From Octopus vulgaris (taxonomy: Eukaryota), in contig OX597816.1 of the NCBI GenBank assembly GCA_951406725.2, positions 117,986,001 to 118,050,000 of the forward strand: a DNA stretch of 64,000 bases, read 5' to 3'. How positions within the stretch are numbered: position 1 is the first letter of the stretch; each line of letters begins with the position of its first letter. Below the pieces are notes generated by a model, which saw only the letters and a list, made by a program, of their open reading frames with translations, ran no database searches and was not told the DNA's origin. Below, one piece after another: positions 52,114-64,000 of this stretch. The position numbers and the translations under genes are program-made.

Positions 52114-52895
52114 GGATCTTTTACCCTTTGAATGGCTGAGCGAGAAATTAATTTTTTAGTAACTAAACACTTTCAAACTTCGGACACTGGTAGAATGTGT
52201 CATAGAAAACATCTTTTACTCTTAGTGTTGTTGAGAAAAGTTTGTATTTTCAAAGTAATTTCATGTTAAAGTTGTCGTATTTCGGTAATTTCAACCAATC
52301 AATGACATGTATTCAGCTGAATAAAATTGCTGCTGTTTGTCAACAACTTCCGGCGGTTTCGTTTGTCACTGTTATTTTTGACATATTTCATCTCTGTTAC
52401 GTTTGTATAAATAAACAAGTGTATCTGAAGCATGTTTACTTCATGGCACCACCATAATCGTTTGTGCATTTCTACTGCTTTTAGTTTTGTTTTCCTGTTT
52501 TTCAGCTACTATTTTCGGAAAGACTTTTGCCCCCCTACTCCTCTCCCTCCAATTTTTTCTGTAACTCTAACCCTAAAATCCCAGCCCTAAACCTAAAACC
52601 AGTACAAATGCACGAACAATGTCATAAATAACAGTGACAAAGGAAATATACACCAACGATAGTTCTTGTTGACAAACAATGGCAGTAATTTTATTCAGCT
52701 GAATACACGTCATTGATTGGTTGAAATTACCAAAATATGACTACTTTAATACGAAATAACTTTGAAAATATAAACTTTTTTCAACAACACTAAGTAAAAG
52801 ATGTTTTATATGACACAGTCTCCCAGTGTCCGAAGTTTGAAAGTGTTTAGTTACAAAAACTTAATTTCTTGAGCTGCTGTTAAGAGAAAAGATCC
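52114..52895. mobile_element. Long-TIR foldback MITE with internal TAACCC-like repeats, nested in an older copy of itself
   Basis: GGATC...GATCC ends, TIRs over 200 bp, and an 8-bp direct repeat ACCCTAAA at 52106-52113 and 52896-52903. Other TIR copies at ~19585-19745, 48640-48868 and 51820-51950. Confidence 0.75.
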
Positions 52896-55068
52896 ACCCT
52901 AAACCCTAACCCTAAGTAGAAAAATTGTTGTAAATTTTTTTTAAAGCTAAAACCAGTACAAATGCACAAACAATGTCATAAATAATAGTGACAAACGAAA
53001 TATACACTCCCAAAAGTTGTTATTGACAACAACACAATTCTTTTAAAAATACTTATCTTAAAAATACACCACTAAAATACTGTATTTCTTAGTTTTCATA
53101 AATAAATTGCAGCTAAAATCAAATATTGCCTTCAACTGCTAATCTTTATAATGCCCGGTCTTTTTTGATAGCATAGTTTTTAAGAAACATGAAGCGCTTA
53201 TCATCTGAACAGGTTGGCAGTGTACCCTATATTTGAGAACTTATTTAAAGTCATGCACCAATCACATAGACGAGTCAGAGAAGCAACCCTTTGGTGTCTC
53301 CCCCATTTGCATAGAAATATCAACCAAATATATCTGAAATCATAGCTTACCATCTTATAGAAGGAATAATATTGCCTTTGCTATCCTCATCATCATCACT
53401 ATGATCATTTGAATGTTTGCTTTTCCATGCTTGTTTGGATCAAAAGGAATTTGTTGAGGTGGATCTTTTACAGCCAGATGCCCTTCCTTGCCTGTTTCCA
53501 AGTAAAGTAATAATTCTCCTTGGCTGGACATGTTTTCCTGGAAGACTGGAGGTGAAAGGCACTGCTTGTATGAGAGACAACTAGCATATGATGTCGAGAT
53601 AAGCACACACACATACATATATGATAAGCTTCTTTCAGTTTCCAACTACCAGTTCCACTCTCAAGGCTTTGATCAGCCTATAGCTATAGTAGAAGACACA
53701 TGTCTAAGGTGCTGTGAGGTAGAGCAGAACCTAAAACAATATGATTGGGAAGTAAACTTTTTAACCCTTCAGCATTCTGATTACTCTGTCAAATGTAATG
53801 CTTATTGATTCACATTGTTTTAAATTAATTATGCATTATCTTGTCACTTCGAGATTTTGATGATGTGATACTTTATTTTTAAAATATCATTGTAGGGTAG
53901 GTGTGAGGGGCTGAATGTGGTCAGCTTGAACACAAAACAGAATATTTGGGCCTGACATGGCCAGTTTGAATGCTAAATGGTTAACATAGCTATGCCTGTT
54001 AAAAACAAAAAAAAAAAGGGAAAAAGATAATGGTTATGGCTAGAATCTACTCAGTGGAGGTTGACTAAACATTAGACGAGTACAGCATGCAAACTCTCAC
54101 TCTGGATTATGTTCTACTGCAAAAAAATGCCATTTTTCTTTATTCATATACATTTTCCCTTCTGTTAGATTGTTCTTGTTTTCTTTATCAATTTCTTCTC
54201 TAATAGCCTCTGTTCCTCTGTACTTATAAATTCATTTTATACAATTGCTTTTCCCTTTCATGATTTTTTTACTTTTAGTTAGTGAACCGAGGCCATGTTA
54301 GGACACTACCATTGTCTGATCCTCATTGCCTAACCATCTCTTCTGGAACTGCATCTCTTGAATTCCCTTTCTGTTCATGATTTTACTTGAACATGTCTAC
54401 TCAACTTGCAAGATTTGAAATTGAACATTCAATGCATTTAACTCCAACCTCTTATGTTCTCTCGATCTTGAGAGGAGGGTTGAAAAGATTATGTACACCT
54501 GTTACTCAGACATATATAGTATGTAGTATAGCATTGTGTTTACATTCAATGCTGCTTAGTTGTATCTACTAGTGACAGGAATTTTAGTTTAGATATATTA
54601 ACACAAACTACTACAATTTATTTGGTTTTAACATATAGATTCAGTTAGTTCATTGTTTATACATTGTAGTGTATTTCTAAAGATTACACAGCACCATTTT
54701 AATCCATTTGAATCAGTGTCTTATTCTGCTTCACTTTGCCACCAAACTGCTACCATTTTTCCCTAATTATGGAGACTCTATATGGTTGTTCCACCTGCTT
54801 GAAGCAGCAGCTAAATCTTTAAATTACACATCATGATTTTAGAGAAAGACCCATTAAATAAAATGTTTTAAATTCTTATAACTGTTGTAGAAAGTATTTT
54901 TAAATGTTTCAATAATGCATCTACTCTTAAGTGTACCTGCACAACAAAAAGGTATTGGTTACATCAGTTCTTTGATGTACATTAGTGTATAATATTTTAT
55001 AACCGTCTTTCTGTTTAATCTTTAATTTTAAAACCAAAATGTTTGATCAGCTATGTCTTCTATTTCAG

Positions 55069-55156
55069 TGAAAATGCCTTGAAGCAATCTGGAACTAAAA
55101 TTCCTAAATCCAGTGTGGAAATGGAAAATCATTTACATCAAAAGGCCAAAACTAAG
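55069..55156 (+). CDS. MED15: Mediator subunit 15, coding exon 2 (88 nt)
   Basis: Acceptor tttcag, (I)ENALKQSGTKIPKSSVEMENHLHQKAKTK, donor gtaggt. Compare human EDAMRKAG..SKSSKDMESHVFLKAKTR. Frame is consistent with exon 1. Confidence 0.92.
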
Positions 55157-56804
55157 GTAGGTGAAGTAGTTTGGAATTTTGAGTCTTAATTTATGAAATT
55201 TGAATTAAAAGTTTTATACCTTTTCAAAATGTTGACATTCTCTTATTGTAAGGATCTTTATAAAGAAATAAATGCTTTGTCTTTAAAGAAGATAGATTAA
55301 TGCACAATCTAATACAAGCTGTAAATTTGTAGAATACACTTTAGTTTATGGAATTAGTAATTAGTGCACCAAATGCAGTTATGTGATTATAGTGTGAGCA
55401 TTTATATAGTAACCAGTGTAAACAGCTAAGATTTTAAGATTTTGAAATGTGATAAAGGACTGAAGCCAACATACAAATTTTCCTGTTATGATGGGCTAAT
55501 GAGAGAAGATTGCTGTTAAGAAGCTCCGATCAACACATCTTGAGCAGACCTGTTTCATCAGATGATAGTCTAGTAAATGTATAGGCCTCAGGAACCACCT
55601 TCACCGCATGCCTGCACAAGAAGACCATAATGATTGTGCTACAGGTGATTAGAGAGAGAGAGAGAGATACTTCTTTGTCATCAAAAATATAGTCTGTATG
55701 ATGCTTGTGGAAGAGTTAAGTGGTGGTTGCCCAGTAGGACTGGAGTCCACATTGACTGGATGAAGTTTACAGACTAACTCTAATCGTAACAAAAGTAAAC
55801 ATTATTCTTGCCTAAATTTGACATTAGTTGATAATAGATGTAGCATCCATTTTCTGAAATAATTTAAAGTTTTTCTTCAATCTTGCAATGATAAAAGTAG
55901 ACTGTGATTTATGTTTCTGAACAGTAATGTTGCATGCCATTGAAATGCTAGTAAAAGAGGAGGCATAGTATTCCTATGGAGAGGAGTCTTTTCTGTGAAT
56001 CATAAAGATAGGGTTAAATGTTGTTATATGTTATAAATCAGAAACAGGGGTACTACATATAAAAGATAGTTTGTACTGTGATGAGAGTAGGTGTTGAGGT
56101 AAATTTCTTACACCTGATAACTGAGACAAGTAAATCAAAGAAGATATGGAACTACATTTTGATGTAATCTGAGAAAAATTAAAACTGACTATAGGATTAG
56201 CAAATATGTGATACTGCATGGCTGCCAAACCAATATTAGAATGAACAACCAACAAGAGGGGTTAAGTAAAAATCAATAGTTATATGGAATGTTTACCATC
56301 TTTGCTTTCTACTCATTTGAAATGACTCAATGACATTATTTTCAAGTGTCTTCTACAATAGCGCTGAGTTGACTAAAGCCTGTCTGCATGCATGCATGCA
56401 TACATTACATACATACATAGTGTATGTTAGTCTTGACACCATGTAATAGTTGTCAAATGATAACCACTGTCATGTAAGAAGTATCATTAATTTTCAGTAT
56501 TCTGCAAAAAACATGTCTGGCCATGGGGAAATATTACCTTGCTTGATAGTAGGTGATGGTGGGTGACAGTAAGGGCAACCAACTATAGAAATCTACCTGA
56601 ATAAACTCCAGCCAACTTATGCATGCATGAAATAATGATGGTGATGATATTGCCATCTGCTGTTTTTGTTCTTGGTCAATTAGTTGATAATCCACAGCTT
56701 GGGGAATTACTATGGTGGTTGTTGGAGCATCCTGATAGAATTTAATAAACTTTGACATAATCTCTATGTGCTTCATTTATTGATGTATGCTATTTTATTT
56801 ACAG

Positions 56805-56856
56805 GAGGAATATTTGGATCTTTTATCCAAGTTAATTATCCATGTGTCTGAAATTT
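56805..56856 (+). CDS. MED15: Mediator subunit 15, coding exon 3 (52 nt); gene continues beyond the window
   Basis: Acceptor tttacag, EEYLDLLSKLIIHVSEI, donor gtaagt. Compare human DEYLSLVARLIIHFRDI. Confidence 0.9.
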
Positions 56857-57049
56857 GTAAGTTACTATTTTTCAATCTATTATTTTAACTTTTATGCCCG
56901 AACCATGGCAATCACAAATACAATAAAAAACTCTTGTTACATATTGTAGTAGTGAGATGATCAAATGGCAACATCTGGCTATTAGTGAGAAATCCTTAAC
57001 CATCATGTAACAACAATTGCACATCTTTCTTCCTTTAAGAAATAGAAAA

Positions 57050-60000
57050 CATACACTAAAACCTCATCCGCCATTAGAAATTTCTCTCGTCTTGTCAACT
57101 ACAAATTTATGAGCTGCAACTATCAATGTTGACTCAATGAAAGGCAGGCCTGGAGAGATTGTAGAAATGCTTGAGCTGTAGGTGTAGTGGTGATCTATGT
57201 ACAAGAGGTAAGATGGAGGGCCGCTACAACCACACTTCTTTTGGATAATGAATATATGATCAAATGCTTCTGGATGGGTAACTGCTAGGGTTGGGAGGAT
57301 TGGCATAAAATTGGTCAATTAAAGTAACTGAGATCTTCAAAATATGTGACAAAATAATAAAGCTAAAACAAGTCATAGGCAACATGACAAGAATTCCCTA
57401 TGCTTATGCACCACTGTCAGGACTAACTGACAAGTATATGATCTGTTTCTCTAAGGCCTTCTTGCAGATTATCTCAGTAATAAATTATTGGAACCTCATT
57501 TTTACAGCTGATGACTTTAGCGGACATGTCGACGCAACATAGCTATTCTGGCCTACACAGGCCTATAGATATGATGCAAAGAATTAGAAAGGAACATGGC
57601 TATTTGAGTTCTGTGATGCAGATGACCTAACTGTTTGCGATGTCAACTTCAGAAAATCAACCAGCCACCTTATCCCTTATAACTCAGTTTAAACACACAA
57701 GCCAGTTAGACTGCATACATACTAAGAAATAGAGTTGACAACTACCAGTCATATATTCAAAGAAATGTGAATTAACATGTATGATAAGGAGGAAAAGATA
57801 GAGGCTTATAAAACATAGTCAGCCTACAGCAAGTCACAGTCTGATCTGTAGCTGGAGCAAGTTTCCAGCCAGATGGAAAGTGATATGGTGGTGGAAATGA
57901 TACAAGAGGCAGAGCCATAAGAAAAACAGTTGTGAAAATATTGGAAGAGACAAGGAATTGTATCAGATTGCTAGAAGGGAAGCTACATGCCATGTATACA
58001 TAGCAATGAGAGAAGCTGAAGGTAAGAGGTTTACCAACTTTTGTAGCAAGAATATAGATGTGGCAAAATTACGATTACAAAGCAGTGATGCAAATCAAGA
58101 TATCATTGGGAAATGTGTTTGAAATGCTATCATTTCACTTGCTCTCACTGATGTTGAGAAGAGAAGAAAATCATAGAAATGAGAGGTTGCTGAATATGGA
58201 GATTGCAAAGATTAAAGAGAAGGTCTAGTAGTAGGCCTAGACATAGCTCCCAAAGAATCAGAGAAACAATTCCAAATGTGGAAGCAAAAGTTAGAACCAG
58301 GAGATTTATAAGTAAAACCCTATCTGAGAGAAGAAAGCACTCTATATCCATCAGGGTGGTAGCTGTACTCAGTATGTTAGAAAGGAGTATGTAGGAACTC
58401 TACTGTATACTGAAGTAAACTATGATTGTACAAGAGATTCTGTGGGATAGCAGTGGGGTTAAGTGTTCCATAAGTATAGTAACCAAAGTAAAAATTGGGG
58501 GGGGGGAGTAAGGGTGTTATTACTTCTGCTAGCTACAAGGAGATTCTTTTTCCAGGTGAAAGCTAAATTGTATGATGCTTTTGTGCAAAGTCGGGTGTTA
58601 TGTGGCAGTAGGGCATGGGACATTGCTGAATATTGTAGAGGAGAAACAAAGGCTGGAAAGAAAAGAAGCAAGTGTGATCCACTGGATGTGGTGCATGAAT
58701 ATCACAGCACAAATGAGCTGAGTAAAAAAACTAGGTATAAGAGAAATTTGATGCAGTGTACAAGAGAGAGGAAACTGCACAAGTATGGACATGTGATGCA
58801 TATGAAAGATGACAGTTGGATAAAGAATTAGCAAGCAATCAGAGTGAAAAACCTATGGAAGAGGAAGATATGTGAAGAGACGAAAATAGAATCATACCGT
58901 TTAGTTTAAAGATTTATAAGAGAACAGTGAGAATTTAAGATTTAGGATGAATAAACATTCAGTAATATTAGTTTAATGCTTGTATTTAGAGAAATAGAGT
59001 TCACTGTAAAAGTGTAGAGGCGATCTGGAGGAGATATATCAAATCCCATTCGTTTTAGTGTTTGCAGTCGCTTGAAATTTCTTCAATGGCTTCAAACTTT
59101 ACTTATGTTACTTGTATTTGATATTTCAATAATAATAATATACAAAATGCTCACAATGTAAGGTAGATAACTGAAGTAACAGCTATATTTTATGTTGACA
59201 GCGAATTATCTTTTGATATGGAATTAAAATAATATTAAACATTTTTTTCAATAAATCAATAAAATAATGACTAAATTGAAACCCATGTGAGTTGATGAGT
59301 AGAAATAATTTAATGGACTCTCTTGCTGAAGACAACGTATGGGTGTTCATCTTGCACAAATGATTCGTATATGGTGATCAAATATTTGTGCTGTACATTA
59401 GCTCATTCTTTCCGTCAAATTGATGTTACCTGAACAGGTGCATGGTTACCGCACATCAGGTGTCGAAGTGATCACAGAGTAACATGAAATGAAGTGTTTT
59501 GCTCAAGAACACAATGCACTACCCAGTCTAGGAATTGAAACCATGATCTTGCGTTTGTGAGTGCCCATAATTATTATATTTAATGATTCAAGAATAGGAA
59601 TGACATAGTGTGTAATATAGCACTGCAGGGTGTTATAGAAAATAGTATGTTTGATGTTGTAAGTAGGGATAATAAATTAATATAAGAAGTGCTGATCTCT
59701 CAAAGTTGATGGAACACATGGAAGTGGGAGACCTAGGAATACATGAGAAGAAGTACTGAAGAATGACCTCAGGATGCTGAGATGACAAAGGACAGATGCC
59801 TAGTGCCTTGCTGTACTCAAGAAGACCCATACTCCACAGCAGAAGTGTTAAGACCAGTCCTTCTGGGGATATAAATCACTCATGATGGTGCCATGCAAAA
59901 GTGCCCTTGCAGTGCCACATAAAAGCACCCAACACACACTGTAAAGTGGTTGGTGTTAAGAAGGGCATCCAGCCACAGAAAATGCGCCAAATCAGACTGG

Positions 60001-60090
60001 AATCTGGTGCAGCTCCCCCAGCTTGCCAGCTCTTGTCAAACCAGCCAACCCATGCCAGCATGGACAGTTGACGTTAAGATGATGATGATG
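57050..60090 (+). mobile_element. Highly decayed, interrupted RTE-like LINE ending in (GAT)n
   Basis: EFCDADDLTVCDVNFRK, AKLYDAFVQSRVLCGSRAW and RKLHKYGHVMHM. The 3' end is CCCATGCCAGCATGG...TTAAGATGATGATG. Confidence 0.65.
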
Positions 60091-60994
60091 GTTTAATGGT
60101 TCAAGAAAGAGGAAGTGTTTAATATTAGTAAGACAGGATATTATGGAAAATAGTATGTTTTATATGTAAGTGTAATTGTGATGTATGTTGTTTGGAATAA
60201 CTATTTTCTATACAACAAGTGACTATTTCAAGTAAATGCATCTGAATGGTCAGCTATACGTTACAAAGATATTTTACAACATAAGAAGAAGCAAAAGTTG
60301 TCATTTTATAGAAATTGTGGATTTGGTAGATGGAAACTGAAACCTGTTGTATATCTGTGTGTGTGTGTGTGTGTATTTGTCTCTGTGTTTGTCCCCTCTG
60401 ATGTTGGTACGTTTATGTCCCCATAACTTAATGGTTTGGCAAAAGATTCTGATAGAATAAGTTCTAGGCTTACAAAGAATAAGTCCTGGGGTTGATTTGT
60501 TTGACTAAAGGCAGTGCTCCAGCATGGCTGCAGTCAAATGACTGAAACAAGTAAAAGAATAAAAGACTACACACATATATACTTTTCAGCTGGATACATA
60601 TTCAAATTTAAGTCGAAGGGAGTCAAATTTGGAATCAACTAATTGATTATCAACATGGTGTCTCCTTACCAACCATCTGGGTGCTAATGAAGGCTTTGCT
60701 TACTTGAGGCCATTGTCATTATTACAGCTGGTAGCCCATTCATGTGCAATATTTGCAATGGACTGGTAATTAATTGCCTACATCATTTGAAGTACTTCTT
60801 TAACACCTATTTGGGATGCTGACATTTTCCCCTACCTCACACTCCACTCCTATCTATGTATCCCGTAACTTCCTTACTTGAAATTACAACTGGGGTTTAT
60901 CGATGCACTATATTACTATGACATATCATCATGCTTGTTATTATTGTTGTTTTTGTTGTATGTATTATAACTACTTTGCTACTGCTCCTGATAT

Positions 60995-62235
60995 ATCATC
61001 ATCATTTAGCGTCTGCTTTCCATGCTGGCATGGGTTAGGTGGTTTGATTGGAGCTGGTAAGCCTGAGAGTTGCACCAAGTTCGTCTGATTTAACATGGTT
61101 TCTGCAGCTGGATGCCCTTTCTAATGCTAACCACTCCAAGAGTATAATGGGTGCTTTTATGTGCCAATTACGTGACACCAGCATCAGCCATTACTGTGAT
61201 TTCACTTGGTTTGACAAGTCTTTTCAGGCACGGCATATCAGCATAGGTCTCTGTCACTTGTCATTGCCTCCGTGAGGCCCAATGTTCATAGATCATGCTT
61301 CACCACCTCATCCTGTATCTACCTGGGCCTACCTCTTCCAGAGGTTCCCTCCACAGTTAGAGATCGGCACTTCTCCATACAGCTATCCTTGTCCATATGC
61401 ATCACATGACTATACCAGTGCAGTCATCTCCTTTGCACACCGAATCTGATGCCTCTTATGCCCAATTTTTCTCTCAAGATGCTTACACTCTGTCATACAT
61501 GCACACTGACACTGCACATCCAGTGAAGTGTACCAGCTTCATTTCTTTCGAGCCTACACTTGTCATCAGCAGTCACAGCCCATGTTTCACTACCATGTAG
61601 CATGGCTGTTTGCACACAGGCATCATACAACCTGCCTTTGCCTTTCACTCTGAGGGAGAATCCCATAATTACCAACAAAGGTAGAAGCTCTCTGAACTTT
61701 ATTTGGCTTCTTATTCTAGCAGCTATGCTCTCAGAGCATCTACTCCTGCTGCTAACTTGGTTACCTAGATAATGGATTCTATCAACTACTTCTAGGTATC
61801 CTTGCTGGCATTTGATGGAGTCTATCTTACTTACATTTCTAGTGTTTCTATAGCTGTACACCTGCCTCACACAGACTATTTTTCCTGTTAACCTTCCTCT
61901 GATATTGCTGCACCTCTTATGTGACCATAGCTTGCACTGGGTACATCTTATGGAGTTTCTACCTATGTCTTTTCTACATATTGAGCAGGGCCATCTACCT
62001 GAAGGGATTTGTGATTTGTCCTTTTTCCTACTTAAGACTTTGATTCTAGACGTTGCTTCCACTCCTGAAATTTCTTCTCTAGTTCTGGTAATGATTCTGG
62101 TAGCTATAAGAACAAGTTCATCAGCATAGAGGAGCTCCTAGGGGCAGCCTGACTTAAATTCATCCGTTATTGCCTGAAGGACTACGATGAGCAAGAGGGG
62201 GCTGAGGATTGATCCTTGGTGAACCCCTACTTGGA
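60995..62235 (-). mobile_element. RTE-like LINE 3' half
   Basis: VGVHQGSILSPLL, ELLYADELV, WPCSICRK.IGRNSIRCTQCKLWSHKRC and GRLYDACVQTAMLHGSETW. Confidence 0.88.
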
Positions 62236-62627
62236 AAAATATATATATGTATATATTGCTTAGGCATAGCAATACTAATTACTTGGTGTTAGAATTCAGT
62301 ATACACATGCTTCATGAAAAAAGGGTCACTTGAGTACAGAGCGAAATAAGAGATTACATAAATAACAGGGGAACAAGAAATTATGTATTGAACTTCATTG
62401 GCTTACAAGTGTTTCTACCATAGATGCAATGTGCTTATAGCCTTGTGCTTGTGTATCACCTTATATCTTTGTCAGAGCTTTAAAAATGAAGTGCAATCTT
62501 TTTGCTTTCTCAGATAAAACTGCGCTTCATTTTTGAAGCTGTGCTAAAGTTATAAGGTGATACACAAGCACTGAACAATGAGTGCATTTTTTACATTTGA
62601 CGGATATTTGTCCTCATCTTGTTTGTT

Positions 62628-62678
62628 GTTAACACAATGTTTTGGCTGATATACCCTCCAGCCTTCATTGGGTGTCTT
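62628..62678 (-). ncRNA. Degenerate hammerhead motif (core mutated)
   Basis: CCAAUGA-A-GGCUG-GAGGGUAUAU-CAGCC-AAAAC-AUUGU-GUU. Stem II is intact but CUGA has become CCAA and GAAA has become AAAA. Confidence 0.45.
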
Positions 62679-63454
62679 GGGGAATAAAACTTAAACTTAA
62701 TTAACCTATTAATATTTGTTTTTATATCTATCACCCCATTTTGGCCACCCCATTATTATCCTGTTTTCTTCAACTAGATCTTTCCACTGCCCCCAAGGGG
62801 GCAGTAATGCCCACTTTGGGAACCACTGATATATATAATCCAACCCATGCCAGCATGGCAAGCTGACGTTAAATGATGATGATACATATGACATCTATTT
62901 TCTTTCATTTTCCCCCATGTTTATTGAAATTTCAGTGTTCTTCAGTATAGTAATTTTATTTCATTGCATTGTGAGTTGATATTATTACTGCTTGTGCATT
63001 TTCATAACATTGTTATATTTATATTTCTATATTGCTATTGTATATCATCATTGTAAGTGTATTATATGTTGTTGTCATATGTGTTATTACTGTATTGTAT
63101 GGTATTTTCTACCACAATGAGACTGGCCTCTACTTTTCCAAGCTAGCTGTTCTCCCAATTCACACTTCTCTATTCCTATGTATCCTTTCTCCAACAAGCA
63201 TTGCACTAATCTCTGTGCCCATTCTTCTTTCTCCAGAACATTGGCCTTCTGGATTTTCTTCTTTGTAAATGTTTTTTCTATAGCCATAAACTAATGAGAA
63301 GGCATGGCTGTGTGGTTAAAAAGCTTGCTTCTCAAACATGTGGTCCTGGGTTCAGCCTCACCTTGGGCTAGTATCTTTTTCAATGACCCTGGGTCAGCCA
63401 AAGCCTCGTGAGTGGATTTGATTGACAATAGCTGAATGAAGCCTGTCATATATT

Positions 63455-63572
63455 TGTTTTTACATTCGGTTATAAAAAAAACAATTTTACATTAATCTGA
63501 TGGGTTACTCTATACTTTTGTAGAGAATGTTGTTGACAGTGACTTTGAAGTTTCAGCCAGTTAAACCATTTG
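63455..63572 (-). mobile_element. Dispersed copy of the hammerhead-bearing element at 22278-22420
   Basis: Minus strand GGCUGAAACUUCAAAGUCACUGUCAACAACAUUC...TATAGAGTAACCCATCAGATTAATGTAAAATTGT matches 22290-22400. Confidence 0.7.
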
Positions 63573-64000
63573 GTTTCTACTAGCCTTGTGATTTCTTTAT
63601 TCTTTGACCTTTACTTTAAAAAGATCCTCTTTTGGTTTCCAAAGATATTCTAGTATTCAAACAACTGAACTACTTATTAAATTATAGAGTAAGTAGATGA
63701 GTATTCCTCAGACCCTTGACCTTTAATGTAATCCTGAAGAAGAATCAGTATGATACAGTGACAAAGCTGGCTCTTTGAATTACAGTCCATTCAATGGGTT
63801 TCTATCCAGTTTCAGGCTACCACTGGCTCAGGAGTGAAATTTGCTTAGTAGGTGTAAACCCAGTTCCAAAATTTATTTTTACGCATGATGTCTTACTGTT
63901 TTTTTTTTATTTGGTTTTGTTCTGTGTTCTTTGAGAAGAAGTTTAACTTCAATCTACTTTTTACACATTGATTTCTAAACCTGAGAAAATTAGAGATGCA

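Noticed and set aside
52075-52915. True telomere or chromosome-fusion site
   Set aside because: Only short degenerate TAACCC runs inside a TIR element within a MED15 intron.
55540-55568. Minus-strand CUGAUGAAACAGGUC resembling a hammerhead without stem II
   Set aside because: No stem II and no stem I pairing; likely chance.
56857-64000. Further MED15 exons (Q-rich region)
   Set aside because: No convincing exon with splice sites was found. The region is RTE and SINE debris, so exon 4 probably lies beyond the window.

Overview
AT-rich, repeat-dominated eukaryotic (animal) DNA. The SINE families, microsatellite load and gene homologies point to a cephalopod, most likely Octopus (inference). 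I can support two host genes, arranged head-to-head with about 2.2 kb between their start codons. MRPS17 (minus strand) has a complete 2-exon, 117-aa CDS. MED15 (plus strand) is represented by its first three KIX-domain exons and runs off the window. The rest is mostly mobile DNA: R4/Dong-type LINEs in (TAA)n arrays; Tx1-, RTE- and CR1-like LINE debris; tRNA-derived SINEs; an intact-looking IR/DR Tc1 (DD34E) transposon; decayed mariner and hAT elements; hAT- and Mutator-type MITEs with target-site duplications (TSDs); and a Penelope-like (GIY-YIG) element with inverted pseudo-LTRs. The most interesting signal, invisible in the ORF track, is a set of minimal type-I hammerhead ribozyme motifs from at least five sequence-distinct families, most beside (TA)n tracts. 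They include a core variant (CUGAUGCG) in both Penelope pseudo-LTRs and two hammerheads fused head-to-head exactly at their catalytic cores. All analysis is by eye; boundaries of decayed repeats are approximate.
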